Of a stretch of DNA of 64,000 nt, positions 38,505 to 49,174 are shown one piece after another. A program made the position numbers and the translations under genes. This DNA is from an uncultured delta proteobacterium (lineage in GTDB: Bacteria > Desulfobacterota > Binatia > UBA9968), in assembly GCA_963745835.1 (NCBI GenBank), contig CAVUZH010000025.1, positions 32,001 through 96,000 of the forward strand. The letters are read 5' to 3'. The first letter of the stretch is position 1, and every line of letters starts with the position of its first letter. Under the pieces are notes generated by a model, which worked only from the letters and a program-made list of their open reading frames with translations, did not search any database and was not told where the DNA came from.

Positions 38505-39895
38505 GGTAGCGTCAAGAGTTGTGTGTAAATTTTAGGGGTTGCAGAAGCCAATTTTGATTGAGGTGATGAAAGACGGCGAAGACTATTCGTTGAAAGGCTC
38601 TGAGTATGAGCCATGACCCCCATGGGCCGAGTTCTTCGTCTCACCTCTCGAAACGCTCTTTCGATTAAGTTGGTGGTTCTCAGTCGACTCCAGAGCTCAG
38701 AGTTTTTGATCTGGAAAAAGCTCAGCAGCTGATCGAAGTCTTTCTTCAAGCAAGCCACCGCCCTGGGATAGGCCTTGCTCCAGCGGGAGGACAATCGCCA
38801 GTAGGCGTTCGTCGCTTCACGGCGGTTGGCAGCATGGCTGATGCGGTTTAAAGCCTTCTTGACCGCCAGCTGATCGTTCTTTTTCACTTTGTCCAAGACG
38901 TTTCTGGTCTTATGCGCCCAGCAACGCTGCAAAAGGGTCTTGGGATAAACGATCTGTAAGGCTTGATGAAGTCCAGTGCCGCCATCGGTGGCGATCAGCT
39001 CACACGGGCCTCCTTTAAGCCCTCTTTTATACAGATCCCCTAAGAACGCTTCCCAACACGCCTCCGATTCACTGGCTGCCGGATAGAAATCGATCATCTC
39101 CTGGCGGCCTTGTACCGTGATGCCAAAGGCACAAAGTAAGATCTTCTTTTGGACCTTGAGCGCTCCTTTGCTCTTTAACACTACCCCATCGAAGAACAGA
39201 TACCGGTACTGATCCTCAAGACCACGGCCGTGATAGCGGCTGACCTCCCGGTCCAAATCCCGCGCGATGCGCGAAATGGTGGCGGCCGACACCGTCTCCC
39301 CCAGCACAGGGGCCAGCACCGAGGCGGCTTTGCGCGTGGAAAGCCCCAAACAAAAACACGCCAACAGGACCCGATCCACCGACCGGCAGCGCCGCGCGTA
39401 GCGCTCAAAAAGCTTGGAGGGAAACTTTCCCCTACGGCTGCGCGGCACCAATAGCTCTATATCTCCCATCTCGGTCAACAGGTGTCTGACATAGTAGCCA
39501 TTTCTATAATCGTGCCGGTCCGCCGGCATGCTCGTAGCGAGCCACTCCCAGATAATCCGCCATCTCTTCTTCCAAGCGTTTCTCTAGGAGATCCTTGAGC
39601 GCTTGGCGCGCCATCGGTTTAAAGTCTCCCTCCCAGTCAAATCTGTTGATCTCCCGCATCGCGCGCGATACATTCCTTGGCGTTGCTTGATCGAGCAGCA
39701 TAGGGGTGCCCTCCGGTTGTTTGTGTTGGTTGCACAACTCTGGAGTTAGCACCCCTTCTCTTTTCCCAATCCAAATAGTCCCTCGGCCTTTCCCTTAACC
39801 ACCTCGAAATCTCCTCTCCTCGGCCATATCTGAAAGCCATTTCTCTCCACTTCCCTCTCTCCCTTCCCAATTTACACACAGATCTATACATCACC
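38505..39895 (-). mobile_element. IS256-family insertion sequence (1391 bp)
   Basis: Terminal inverted repeats GGTAGCGTCAAGAGTTGTGTGTAAATT and GGTGATGTATAGATCTGTGTGTAAATT enclose the transposase. Confidence 0.9.
38512..39701 (-). pseudogene. IS256 transposase with frameshifts near 39530 and 38595
   Basis: RNGYYVR, FFDG, ATDG, QRCWAH, TTNLIERAFREVRRR. Confidence 0.88.
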
Positions 39896-40035
39896 CCGGA
39901 CTCTGAAGCGGTTGACAGCGAAGTTCAAGGTCGGATAGGCTCTCGAACCGGATCCAAGAGCCTCGCGTTTTCAGCCTCGTCGCGATTAGCGAAGCGACAG
40001 TTCTCTTAGAATAGCTTAGGAGAACTCTGGTGGGA

Positions 40036-40255
40036 TGGCTTAGGGCAGCAAAGAAAAAAGACAATCCACAAGTTACCGAACTGAAGCCAACTCAAGGAAG
40101 AGTTGCGCCGCGTCTCTGAAAACCTCGAATACCGCGAGGACGAACTCGCCGAAGCCTTAGAGCAGCAGACCCGCTACAAGTGAGATCCTGCGCGCAATCG
40201 CGAGCTCGCCACCGATATTCGACCGGTGCCGAGTTTGAGTTGGTGATCAACACCG
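40036..40255 (+). pseudogene. Remnants: GAF-sensor N-terminal coiled coil joined to the C-terminal bit of an ABC_sub_bind SBP
   Basis: ELAEALEQQT/ATSEILRAIASSP followed by EFELVIN. Confidence 0.5.
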
Positions 40256-40335
40256 GTAAGCGGACGAACTGACTGACTAGGCGAGAGGCGCGAGACGTAA
40301 GGCCTGAGATAAGATTCAATCGTATAAGAAAATTT

Positions 40336-41302
40336 TTGCTCTTGTTCGTCATCGCCGCTCTGCTCTTTGTGCTTTGCTTCTCCGCTGAGGCGCAGCAGCC
40401 AAGGAAGATTGCTCGGATAGGTTATCTGAACCCGGGAGACCCCGTCAGCAGGCTTTATCGCATCGAGGCATTCCGCCAAGGGCTGAAAGAGCTCGGATAC
40501 ATAGAGGGAAAAAATATTATCATCGAGTATCGGTTCGCAGAGGCCAGGCCGGAACGGTTACCCGAGTTGGCGCGAGAGCTTGTCGGTCTAAAGGTCGACA
40601 TTATCTTTGCGGGAGGCGGGCCAGCAACGAAGGCCGCTAAGAACGCGACCCAGATGATCCCGATTGTCACAAGCAGTCAGGACCCTGTTGGGCAGGGGTT
40701 TGTCGCCGGCTTACCGCGACCGGGTGGAAACATTACCGGACTGACCAACCTTACCTCCGAGCTGGTCGGAAAACGGCTTGAGCTGCTCAAGGAGGTGATT
40801 CCGCAGCTATCCCGCGTCGCCGTCCTTTGGACTCCAGATCATCCTGCGTCCACAACCTGGAGAAGGACCGAGGTTGCCGCTCAATCCCTGGGCGTGCAGC
40901 TCCAGGCCGCAGAAGCTACGAGATCGAGACGATTTAGAGCCCGCATTCGCAGCTATAAAAAGAGAACGTGCTGAGGCCCTGTTCATGATACGGAGCCCCA
41001 TCGTTAATGACCTGACAAAACGGATCGTCGATCTTGCGGCCAAGAGCCGGCTACCGGCGATCTACGATGAGAAAAGATTTCCGCAGCTTGGTGGCCTGAT
41101 GAGTTATGGAACCGATCTGGCTGATCTGGACCGGCGTGCGGCAATCTACATTGATAAGATTCTCAAGGGAGCCAAGCCGGCGGATCTCCCGATAGAACGG
41201 CCGACGAAGTTCGAGCTGGTGATCAACCTCAAGACAGCCAAAGCACTGGGATTGAAAATTCCTGCGCACCTCCTCATGGAGGCAGACGGGGTGATTGAGT
41301 GA
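40336..41302 (+). pseudogene. ABC transporter substrate-binding protein (PF04392-like), frameshift near 40915
   Basis: FRQGLKELGYIEGKNI, RPGGNITG, GGLMSYG, GAKPADLPIERPTKFELVINLKTA. Confidence 0.88.
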
Positions 41303-41447
41303 GTCAATTTTTGAATTTCGATGTGCGATTGCCGGAAATAGACGAACGAATCATTAGACGGACGAGATTTTCGGATTCTCGGATTGACGGATATTGTACG
41401 AATCCTTCCGAGGATAATGAAGGGCCTCGAGTGAAAGCAGTCAGCGG

Positions 41448-43415
41448 GTGAGTATGCCTGCATTAATCCAAAAGCTAAAATCGACAATCCAAAATAAAAG
41501 GGTCCGCTGGAAGCGGGCTCGTCTAGTTCGCCATTATTTCCTCATATCCCTGGTTCTGATCAGCGGCGGGCTTATCACGAGCGGACTCAGCGAACTTTAT
41601 TTCCGTTATCGGGAGAGTGCAGCAGACCTTGTACGGCTTCAACAGGAAATTACCTCCGGGGCCGCCTCGAAAATCGAGCAATTTGTCCAAGAGATCGAGC
41701 GCACGACGAGAGGAGCCGCCAAAAGCCGTGAAATCACGGAGAAAGGACTCTCACCGGAATATCGGTTCGAGTTGAGACGGCTCCTCGCTATCGCCCCGGC
41801 TATCACAGAGGCAGTGGCAATCGACAGCGATGGAATATCTCGAGTAGCCGTGTCGCGTCTTACCCGCGTTTTACCGGCAGATAAGAAAATCGATTCCGCG
41901 TTGCCGGCGCTCCAGTTGGCCAAAGAAGGAAAGTCCTATTTCGGTCCCGTCTACTTTTATAGGGATTCTGAGCCTTACATGACAATTGCCGTTCCCATCG
42001 AGCGATACGTGGGACGGCTGATTGGAGTGCTTCAAGTTCAGGTCAATCTAAAATACGTTTGGGATTTGGTATCGAAGCTAAAAGTCGGAACCGAAGGTTA
42101 CGCTTATGCTGTAGCGCGCAACGGCGATCTCATCGCGCACCCGGACATTAGCCTCGTATTGCAACGCCGCAACGTAGCGCACCTCGATCAAGTGCGTTCG
42201 GCATTGCAACCCCAAACCGACGCAGAAAGCCCGACATGGACGATAGCGAAGAATCTTCGAGGGCCGGCGGGTTTTTAGCTCCTGGTCGCCGATACCCGAT
42301 ACTCGGCTGGGCGGTATTCGTTGAGCAACCGGTCGAAGAAGTCTATGGCCCACTCTATGCGTCGTTGTTTAGAACTTCCGGTTTCCTGCTCGCTGGGTCT
42401 TGGCATGGCGCTTGTTGCCTCTTTGTTTGTTGCCCGGCGAGTCGTTCGGCCATTGGAAACATTGAGACATGGGGTCGAGCGATTGGCGGCTGGCGATCTG
42501 AATTCACGCCTGGAGTTGAAAACTGGAGATGAGATCGAAGTGCTCGCGGAAGAGTTCAACAAAATGACGCAGAATCTCCAACAGGCTCACGCCGGCTTGG
42601 AACACAAAGTCGCGGCGAGAACCCAGGAGCTTGCTGTTGCCAACGAGAGACTAAAGGAGCTTGGATCACTTGAAATCAGACTTTGTCTCCAACGTCTCTC
42701 ACGAACTGAGGACGCCGCTCACGGCAATCAAAGGCGCCGTGGATCTTGTGCTGCGCGAGGTGGCGGGACCACTCACCGAGAAGCAAATATCATTATCTCA
42801 CCCGCGTGCAGATCGAATACGCAGCATCTGGCCGGATTGATCAACGATCTTTTGGATCTCTCCAAGATCGAATCGGGAAAGATCGAGATCAAATCTAGTC
42901 GTGTTTCCCTGGGTGGTCTCGTGCATGAGGTGGTGGAGAGCTTGCGGCCGATTGCGGCAGAGAAGTCATTACCCTTGAAGCGACCTTCCGTGAACCGTCC
43001 ATTCTGGTCTGGGCGGATCGGGACAAGGTCAATCAAGTCCTGATGAACCTGATCGGCAATGCAATCAAGTTCACGCCTGTTCAGGGCAGGGTTACGGTCT
43101 CAGCGTCAAGAGATGAAGAAGAAAACGTGCAGGTGTCTGTGTCCGATACTGGTCCGGGAGTACCACCCGGATGAATCGGAAAAAATTTTTGAGAAGTTTT
43201 ATCAGATCACCGAAGCGGAAGGGACGAAGCCAAAGGGCACGGGTCTTGGTCTCGCGATTTGCAAATCCCTTGTGGCACTGCACGGCGGCAAGATCTGGGT
43301 AGAGCCCAAACCAACTGGCGGCAGCATTTTTTGCTTTACTCTGCCTGTAGCCATATCCGTAGATGTCAAATCGCCGGCCATATGCGCATATGAATGTCAG
43401 CTGATTTTCACATGA
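41448..43415 (+). pseudogene. Cache-HAMP-HisKA-HATPase sensor histidine kinase, several frameshifts
   Basis: Cache (GDLIAHPD), HAMP (GDEIEVLAEEFNKM), SHELRTPL in a shifted frame, LLDLSKIESG, GTGLGLAI. Confidence 0.85.
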
Positions 43416-44764
43416 AAACTCTTAGCGGAACGATCGTCGTCGCTGACGACGACGCCGATATTCGCGACATCCTAAGGGACACGCTGAACACCCTCGGCGC
43501 CAGGGTTATTACGGCAGAAGATGGCCGCGAATGTTTAGATCGCGTCGCGCAGGACGCCCCGGATGTACTCCTTCTCGATATCGAGATGCCGATTAAAAGT
43601 GGTCTTCAGGTGCTGCAGGAGTTACGGCAGCGCGGCAATGAAACGACTGTCATCATGATCACCGCCTACGGCACCATTGAGCGCGCCGTGCAGGCGATGA
43701 AGCACGGCGCCTATGATTTTATCACCAAGCCGTTCGATCTCGATCATATCTCGCTGGTTGTCGAAAAGGCGTTGGAGCGCGAAAAGCTTAAACGCGGTCT
43801 CGAACACTTCGCCGAAGAAACGGGCGAGCGCTACCGGCTGGTTGGCGGCGAAAGCCCGAAGATGCGAGAGGCGGTCGAGACCGCCAGGAAGGCGGCAATC
43901 AGCAAATCAACAGTCTTGCTTCTAGGGGAGAGCGGTACGGGGAAAGAAGTCTTTGCCCGGGCAATCCATAACTGGAGCGAAAGAAAGGGAGAGCCCTTCA
44001 TCGCAATCAATTGCGTAGGTCTGGGAAGAGAACTCCTGGAGAGCGAGCTTTTCGGCTACGAAAAGGGCGCATTCACCGGAGCGCATCAGCTCAAGAAGGG
44101 CAGGATCGAGTTGGCGCATGGCGGCACAGTTTTTCTCGATGAGGTAGGCGATATCTCAGCAGAGCTCCAAACCAAATTATTAAGGTTTCTTCAGGAACGG
44201 GAGTTTGAGCGGGTTGGAGGAACTCAGTCTATTGCAGTCGATGTTCGGGTGATAGCGGCGACGAACCGAGACCTGTTGAACGCTATGAAGGATGGCCGCT
44301 TTCGCGAGGATCTGTACTATCGCCTAAACGTGATTCCAGTCTCGCTTCCGCCATTGCGAGAACGGAAGGAGGATATCCCGATCTTAGCGAAATATTTCGT
44401 TCGGCGTTTTGCCAAAGAGACGAAGAAAACATTCACCGCGATCACGGCTGACGCTGAAGCCAAGCTCGTTTGCTACCGCTGGCCGGGGAACGTCCGCGAG
44501 TTGGCAAACGTCATTGAACGTGTTGCCGTACTAAGCGATGGACCGGAAATAGCGGGTGAAGATTTGCCACCGCGGATTGCCGACACGGAGACGAACAGCG
44601 CGGCGGACGGGTTTTCATATCGCCAAGCGGTAGATTCTGCCAGAGCCGATGTTATCAAAAGAGCCCTTGCTCACACCCATGGAAATCGCGCCGCCGCGGC
44701 AAGAACCCTCGGCCTGCACAAAACTCATCTTCTGAATCTAATGAAAACGCTGAGTATCGAGTAA
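43394..44764 (+). CDS. Sigma-54-dependent response regulator (NtrC/AtoC/ZraR family)
   Basis: Receiver domain, GESGTGKE, ESELFG, GAFTGA, WPGNVREL, Fis-type HTH. Confidence 0.95.
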   Translation: MSADFHMKTLSGTIVVADDDADIRDILRDTLNTLGARVITAEDGRECLDRVAQDAPDVLLLDIEMPIKSGLQVLQELRQRGNETTVIMITAYGTIERAVQAMKHGAYDFITKPFDLDHISLVVEKALEREKLKRGLEHFAEETGERYRLVGGESPKMREAVETARKAAISKSTVLLLGESGTGKEVFARAIHNWSERKGEPFIAINCVGLGRELLESELFGYEKGAFTGAHQLKKGRIELAHGGTVFLDEVGDISAELQTKLLRFLQEREFERVGGTQSIAVDVRVIAATNRDLLNAMKDGRFREDLYYRLNVIPVSLPPLRERKEDIPILAKYFVRRFAKETKKTFTAITADAEAKLVCYRWPGNVRELANVIERVAVLSDGPEIAGEDLPPRIADTETNSAADGFSYRQAVDSARADVIKRALAHTHGNRAAAARTLGLHKTHLLNLMKTLSIE

Positions 44765-44790
44765 AGATGAGCGTCGATTCTGGTGTTTGA

Positions 44791-45666
44791 CTACAACAGG
44801 AGAAAATCGCTTACCGTCTGGGCTAATGCTTCAGGATTGTCTTGATGCACCATATGGCCGGCATTTTCGATGATGACATGACGCCGGTTTGAAATCGCTT
44901 CGAAACGTTTTTCTTTGTCGGTGCGTTTGGTTTGATGGCTCTCTTTGCCTTCGATGGTAAGCGTCGGACATTCTATGCGGCGCAGGAACTCAATAGCCTG
45001 CTCCGTGTAGAAAGGCTGCGGCGCAGTGGTGCGATGCAGCGGATCGAATTTCCAAACCCATTTGCCGCTAGTGTTTTGCCTCATTCCGGTGTGGGCCAAC
45101 TCCAAGGCAAACTCACTATTCAATCGCGGGTTAGTCTGCTGTAACTGCTTGGCTCCGGCGTCTATGCTGGTGTACTGCCGAAAGTGATTTCGTCCTCTCT
45201 CCCGCACCTCGGAGATCCACTTCTCCATCCGAGGCGGCGCGTCTGAAAAGAGTGATCCCGGAGGCCCCACGCCTTCGATCAGCACCAAACTGGCTACTTG
45301 TTTTGGAAATGTAGCGGTGTAAAGAAATGATATCGTGCCGCCCATGGAATGACCGATGAGTGACAGGTGTGACGCGCCGAGATTCTGAATCAGGCAGTGG
45401 AGATCAAAAACATAGTCAGGAAAATGGTAATACCCGCCGGTGCCAACCCAGCCGCTGTCGCCGTGGCCTCGGCAGTCCGGTGCGACAATCCACAACGGTT
45501 TTTTACTTTTGCTTTGAAGAGACGTTATGAATGGGCGCCAGCTGTGCGCATGATCTAAGAATCCATGCACAAGTATCATTAATTCGTCTGCCGGCGCGCC
45601 CCACTCTAAATAATGAATATTCAAGCCGGCTGCATCGATACTTTTCTCGCGATATCCGGCTTCCAC
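44791..45666 (-). CDS. Alpha/beta-fold hydrolase
   Basis: HGFLD, RGHGDS, GHSMGG, AGHMVH. Confidence 0.9.
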   Translation of the reverse strand: MEAGYREKSIDAAGLNIHYLEWGAPADELMILVHGFLDHAHSWRPFITSLQSKSKKPLWIVAPDCRGHGDSGWVGTGGYYHFPDYVFDLHCLIQNLGASHLSLIGHSMGGTISFLYTATFPKQVASLVLIEGVGPPGSLFSDAPPRMEKWISEVRERGRNHFRQYTSIDAGAKQLQQTNPRLNSEFALELAHTGMRQNTSGKWVWKFDPLHRTTAPQPFYTEQAIEFLRRIECPTLTIEGKESHQTKRTDKEKRFEAISNRRHVIIENAGHMVHQDNPEALAQTVSDFLLL

Positions 45667-45747
45667 GCAAGCCTCATTATTTACGTTATGTATCGTTGAA
45701 GCGCCGATTTGGTTCCGAGATATAGAGCTCTGATATCGTTCTATGTG

Positions 45748-46233
45748 CTAATAATTTTGCTCGGAGGTATCTACGGTAACTTCGGTAAAATCTTTTTCTT
45801 CCTCCGACCAGATATAAGCACGGATATCTCTAATTTCCCGATGATAGAGGGATACGACGATCTGGGCGGTTTCAGGAAAAATAGGTTCCCCAAAAGGACT
45901 GGCGAAGGCTTTGTCCTCTTCGGAGAAGTACGCGTTGTGATCAGGGTGAGAGTGATAGAAGGCTTTGAGTTTGGCGCCGTTCAATGCGGCGTTGTCGATG
46001 ATCCTTTCCAATTCCTTCGGATCCACGGCGTAGGCAATGGCTGCGGTTCTTGGATAAGTTTGCGGATCGAGGGCGTGGAGCTGGTTCTGAATATTATTCA
46101 GGCGCTGGACGTAGTCGGCCGTGCCGTCGGTCAGAACGATTCCGCAGCATTCCTCAGGAAACGTTTCCTCGGCGTGTTTGCAGATAGCTTTCGATGCTTC
46201 CTTTGAGAGCACTAACGACCGGCGTGTATTCAT
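45748..46233 (-). CDS. JAB/MPN (JAMM) metalloprotease, Mec-like
   Basis: PEECCG and YHSHPD...SEED JAMM motif. Confidence 0.9.
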   Translation of the reverse strand: MNTRRSLVLSKEASKAICKHAEETFPEECCGIVLTDGTADYVQRLNNIQNQLHALDPQTYPRTAAIAYAVDPKELERIIDNAALNGAKLKAFYHSHPDHNAYFSEEDKAFASPFGEPIFPETAQIVVSLYHREIRDIRAYIWSEEEKDFTEVTVDTSEQNY

Positions 46234-46309
46234 GTTCGCGCACCTGATCTTCTTTCATTAACACAAGAACGGCAGGGGTTGCCAACATAACCAACGGCTG
46301 GGTTAGTTC

Positions 46310-47008
46310 TCAGAACGTGACCGGCTTGATCTTTTTGAATTTTTGATGCGTTGCGAGGACTGCGGTTGCATATTCGTCGGTGTATTCGATCTGGTTCTCC
46401 ATACGGATCCGAAGTTCGTTCGGTCCAAGATTGTAGGCGATTAGAGCTTTACTCAGATTCTGAAAGCTTTTTCGAAGATCATGCAAATAGTAAGTGCCAA
46501 GCTTGATATTGACAATGGGATCATCGAGATGCTCGGGCGTGAATTGCTCCGCTTTGATCTCTTCGGCCAATTCGCGCACCCTTCTGACAAGAAACTTTCC
46601 CGTCGCCGGCATGATCTGCATGATCCCTCTGGCGCCGGCGGGTGAGATTGCGCCGAATTGAAATTTGCTTTCAACGTCGATCACGGCCAGGATCAGTATC
46701 GGGTCCAGTTTATATTTGGAACTTTCCTTAAGAATGACTTCTGACAACTCCCATGCTTCCCGTTCCATGATGTCAGGCCGATTCGCCTCAATGATGGAAA
46801 AAATTTTCACGAGCTCCCGCGAGCGCGGCTTTTCGCTAGTGCGAGCTTGTAGGGCTAGAATCGGCTCTATTGTTTGGTAGTGCTGCGGTATGTAGCCGGT
46901 GGCGACGAGTCCTGGCAATAACAGGATGACGGTTATCGCGAGCTTCAAGCAGTTCGTCGTCCTCCAACACAAAGTATGAGTGGGCGTTTTCTTGGGACGT
47001 TTCTCCAT
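46310..47008 (-). CDS. Lytic transglycosylase (SLT domain)
   Basis: VESKF, GARGIMQIMPATG, AYNLGP. Confidence 0.9.
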   Translation of the reverse strand: MEKRPKKTPTHTLCWRTTNCLKLAITVILLLPGLVATGYIPQHYQTIEPILALQARTSEKPRSRELVKIFSIIEANRPDIMEREAWELSEVILKESSKYKLDPILILAVIDVESKFQFGAISPAGARGIMQIMPATGKFLVRRVRELAEEIKAEQFTPEHLDDPIVNIKLGTYYLHDLRKSFQNLSKALIAYNLGPNELRIRMENQIEYTDEYATAVLATHQKFKKIKPVTF

Positions 47009-47217
47009 ACTTAGACCTCAGTGGATTTCTATTAGTGGTGGATCTGCGGGAGCGAAGATACAAAAGCTATGAGTTAGGTAGCAAAGGAGCTGATTTTTGT
47101 CAACGTAAATTTTGCGTTTTTGCATTCACACAGGAGCATCGGTGTCATTGCCGAGAGCTGATTTTACTTTTTGAACTCACAATCTCACTAACCCGTCCTT
47201 TCTTATTTCTCGGCGTT

Positions 47218-47255
47218 AAAAAACAAAGGGCAGAGAAAAAATCCCTGCCCTTTGT
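47218..47255 (-). terminator. Rho-independent terminator after the UbiD gene
   Basis: acaaagggcag / ctgccctttgt stem, then a T-run on the minus strand. Confidence 0.7.
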
Positions 47256-47282
47256 ACTCGAACCGTGACTGTGTGCTGGAAA

Positions 47283-48857
47283 CTATCTACCGGTGCGCGC
47301 CAATGAGTGTACCCAACCCTGCATCCGCGCCTTGGCGTTTTGAATATCTTTTTCACTGAACCATTTCTTGAGATCTATTTTGTCGACAGGATAAACCGGT
47401 CGCATAAAGTCGCTCTCATAACCAAAAGGAACAGTGGCATCGATGCCCATGCCGCCCTCAAACATCGTATTTGACGCGGTCCATTCCCGCTCACCGGCAG
47501 TCATCCTCTCAGCCGGCATGAAGGTTTGACCGCGGCCGCCCGGTAGCGGATTGATAATATCGGTTTTGGGGTTGACCCGAGTTGTCAGACACCACATCAC
47601 GTCATCCATGTCGTAGGGATCGGCGTCTTCGCTGACCGCGATGACGACCCGGGATCCCTGTGAGGTCGCAAGAATCGCTGCCATAAAGTTGCGCTGCCAG
47701 CCTTCCTCGATTTTGTTGCGCTTCTTAACTTGAATGATCGCCCCTCCCCAATCGGTCATGCAGTAGGGAATGTTGACGTCCATGATGATGCCCGGCTGCA
47801 TTCGTTCGCATAGCTCGAACATCGCCGCCTCACGCACGGTGGTGTCGATGTTGTGGTCATCGAGAGTGTGCACGCCCAGCGGGAAGATAATCGGCTTGCT
47901 CTCACGTTTGCGCGTGGTGACCGCCGTGACGTGAAAAGTCGGCGCCTTGTAGGCTTTGCCCATATAGCCGGCCCATTCCGGGTGGAAATGGTAGCGGCCT
48001 TGTACGCCGGCCTTTTCGGCCTCTGCGGTTTCGAAACGTCGGTCTCTCGGGTTGAGATAACCTTCGAGAACGACTTCAGCATCGGCAACGGCCAGTGCGT
48101 CCACGGTGCGCGCTTTGACCAGCCGCACCGGAAAACCCTGCACGGCTCCCGCCATACCGATTTCATCGCAGCCCTGCGGCAAAATCACGTAATCAAAACC
48201 TGAGCCTGCCAGCAGGCTCGATGATGGGGGCAAGCCAAAGTTCATCGTGATCGGCACAAGCTTGTTGTCTTTGTAGTACTTGGTAACGACTTGCCAACTA
48301 TGTGACCCGGGAGAAATTTGGAAAGTGCCAACATTTCCCCAGCGGAAGTTCATGCGGTTATAACCGATGTGTGATCCACCATCGAAGTACTCACCCGATA
48401 TCAAGCCGTTGCCGGAACCAACGGTTAGCTCGGGCTCGATATCCGTGTGACGGATCGGAACGACAAACTCGTTGGCGTCAGCAGGTTTCTCATAGACTTC
48501 TTCTTGGACCGGAGCATCCTTTTGATCGATGATCACCGGCGGAATCGGATGAGTTAGAGCGTATGCCAGTTTCCTGGTGCGGTCAGCGTGATCTTTCCAG
48601 CCGAACAGCTTGCCGATCACATTCATGTCGCCAAAAAGATTGGTGATGCAGCGATGGTGTGGCTTTCCTTTGATGTTGTTGAAAAGAATCGGGCAACCAC
48701 CGTCCAATTGTTTCTGAATTCCGGTGATTTCCAGGTCGGGATCGACCTCTTTGTCGGTCACGATGAGGTCGCCGTTTTTCTTCATCCACTCTATGGCGGT
48801 CCGTAAATCCCTGACGGATTCGACCGGAGCGCTGTCTCGTTTCTCAGCCTTAGCCAT
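47283..48857 (-). CDS. UbiD-family decarboxylase, phthaloyl-CoA decarboxylase-like
   Basis: GGSHIGYNRMNFRWGNVGTFQISPGSH, HPEWAGYMGKAYKAPTFHVTA, MGIDATVP and C-terminal SLARTGR match my recollection of the Pcd/PhtDa clade. Confidence 0.85.
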   Translation of the reverse strand: MAKAEKRDSAPVESVRDLRTAIEWMKKNGDLIVTDKEVDPDLEITGIQKQLDGGCPILFNNIKGKPHHRCITNLFGDMNVIGKLFGWKDHADRTRKLAYALTHPIPPVIIDQKDAPVQEEVYEKPADANEFVVPIRHTDIEPELTVGSGNGLISGEYFDGGSHIGYNRMNFRWGNVGTFQISPGSHSWQVVTKYYKDNKLVPITMNFGLPPSSSLLAGSGFDYVILPQGCDEIGMAGAVQGFPVRLVKARTVDALAVADAEVVLEGYLNPRDRRFETAEAEKAGVQGRYHFHPEWAGYMGKAYKAPTFHVTAVTTRKRESKPIIFPLGVHTLDDHNIDTTVREAAMFELCERMQPGIIMDVNIPYCMTDWGGAIIQVKKRNKIEEGWQRNFMAAILATSQGSRVVIAVSEDADPYDMDDVMWCLTTRVNPKTDIINPLPGGRGQTFMPAERMTAGEREWTASNTMFEGGMGIDATVPFGYESDFMRPVYPVDKIDLKKWFSEKDIQNAKARMQGWVHSLARTGR

Positions 48858-49174
48858 TGCTTTCCTCCAGAATAATTTATCTATCTGACTATTATAGTTA
48901 GCACAGTATGGACACGGACAGTAAGTACCAGCGGATCTTAAAATCGATGCCCGAATCTAGACCATGACAGCTAAAATGCGTGGAAGATCTTTTGATTGGG
49001 GTTATCTGACATCGATCAAAAAGTCAACGAAACCAGCAGCGCGCAATGCTTCTATTTACGTATGTTTTTACCGTCTTATTTAGCGCTCCTGATAAGCAAT
49101 CAACCCTTTACAGTCTTCGACGGGCTTGCTATCACTGCGGATTGTTTCTGTAGGAGTTCGTCCGGGAGAAAATA

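Noticed and set aside
38495-39905. Target-site duplication around IS256
   Set aside because: The 8-bp flanks (acgttccc and ccggactc) do not match.
45748-46233. JAB protein as part of a CBASS or ubiquitin-like defence system
   Set aside because: No E1, E2, Ubl or CD-NTase neighbours; it looks like a housekeeping Mec-type protease.
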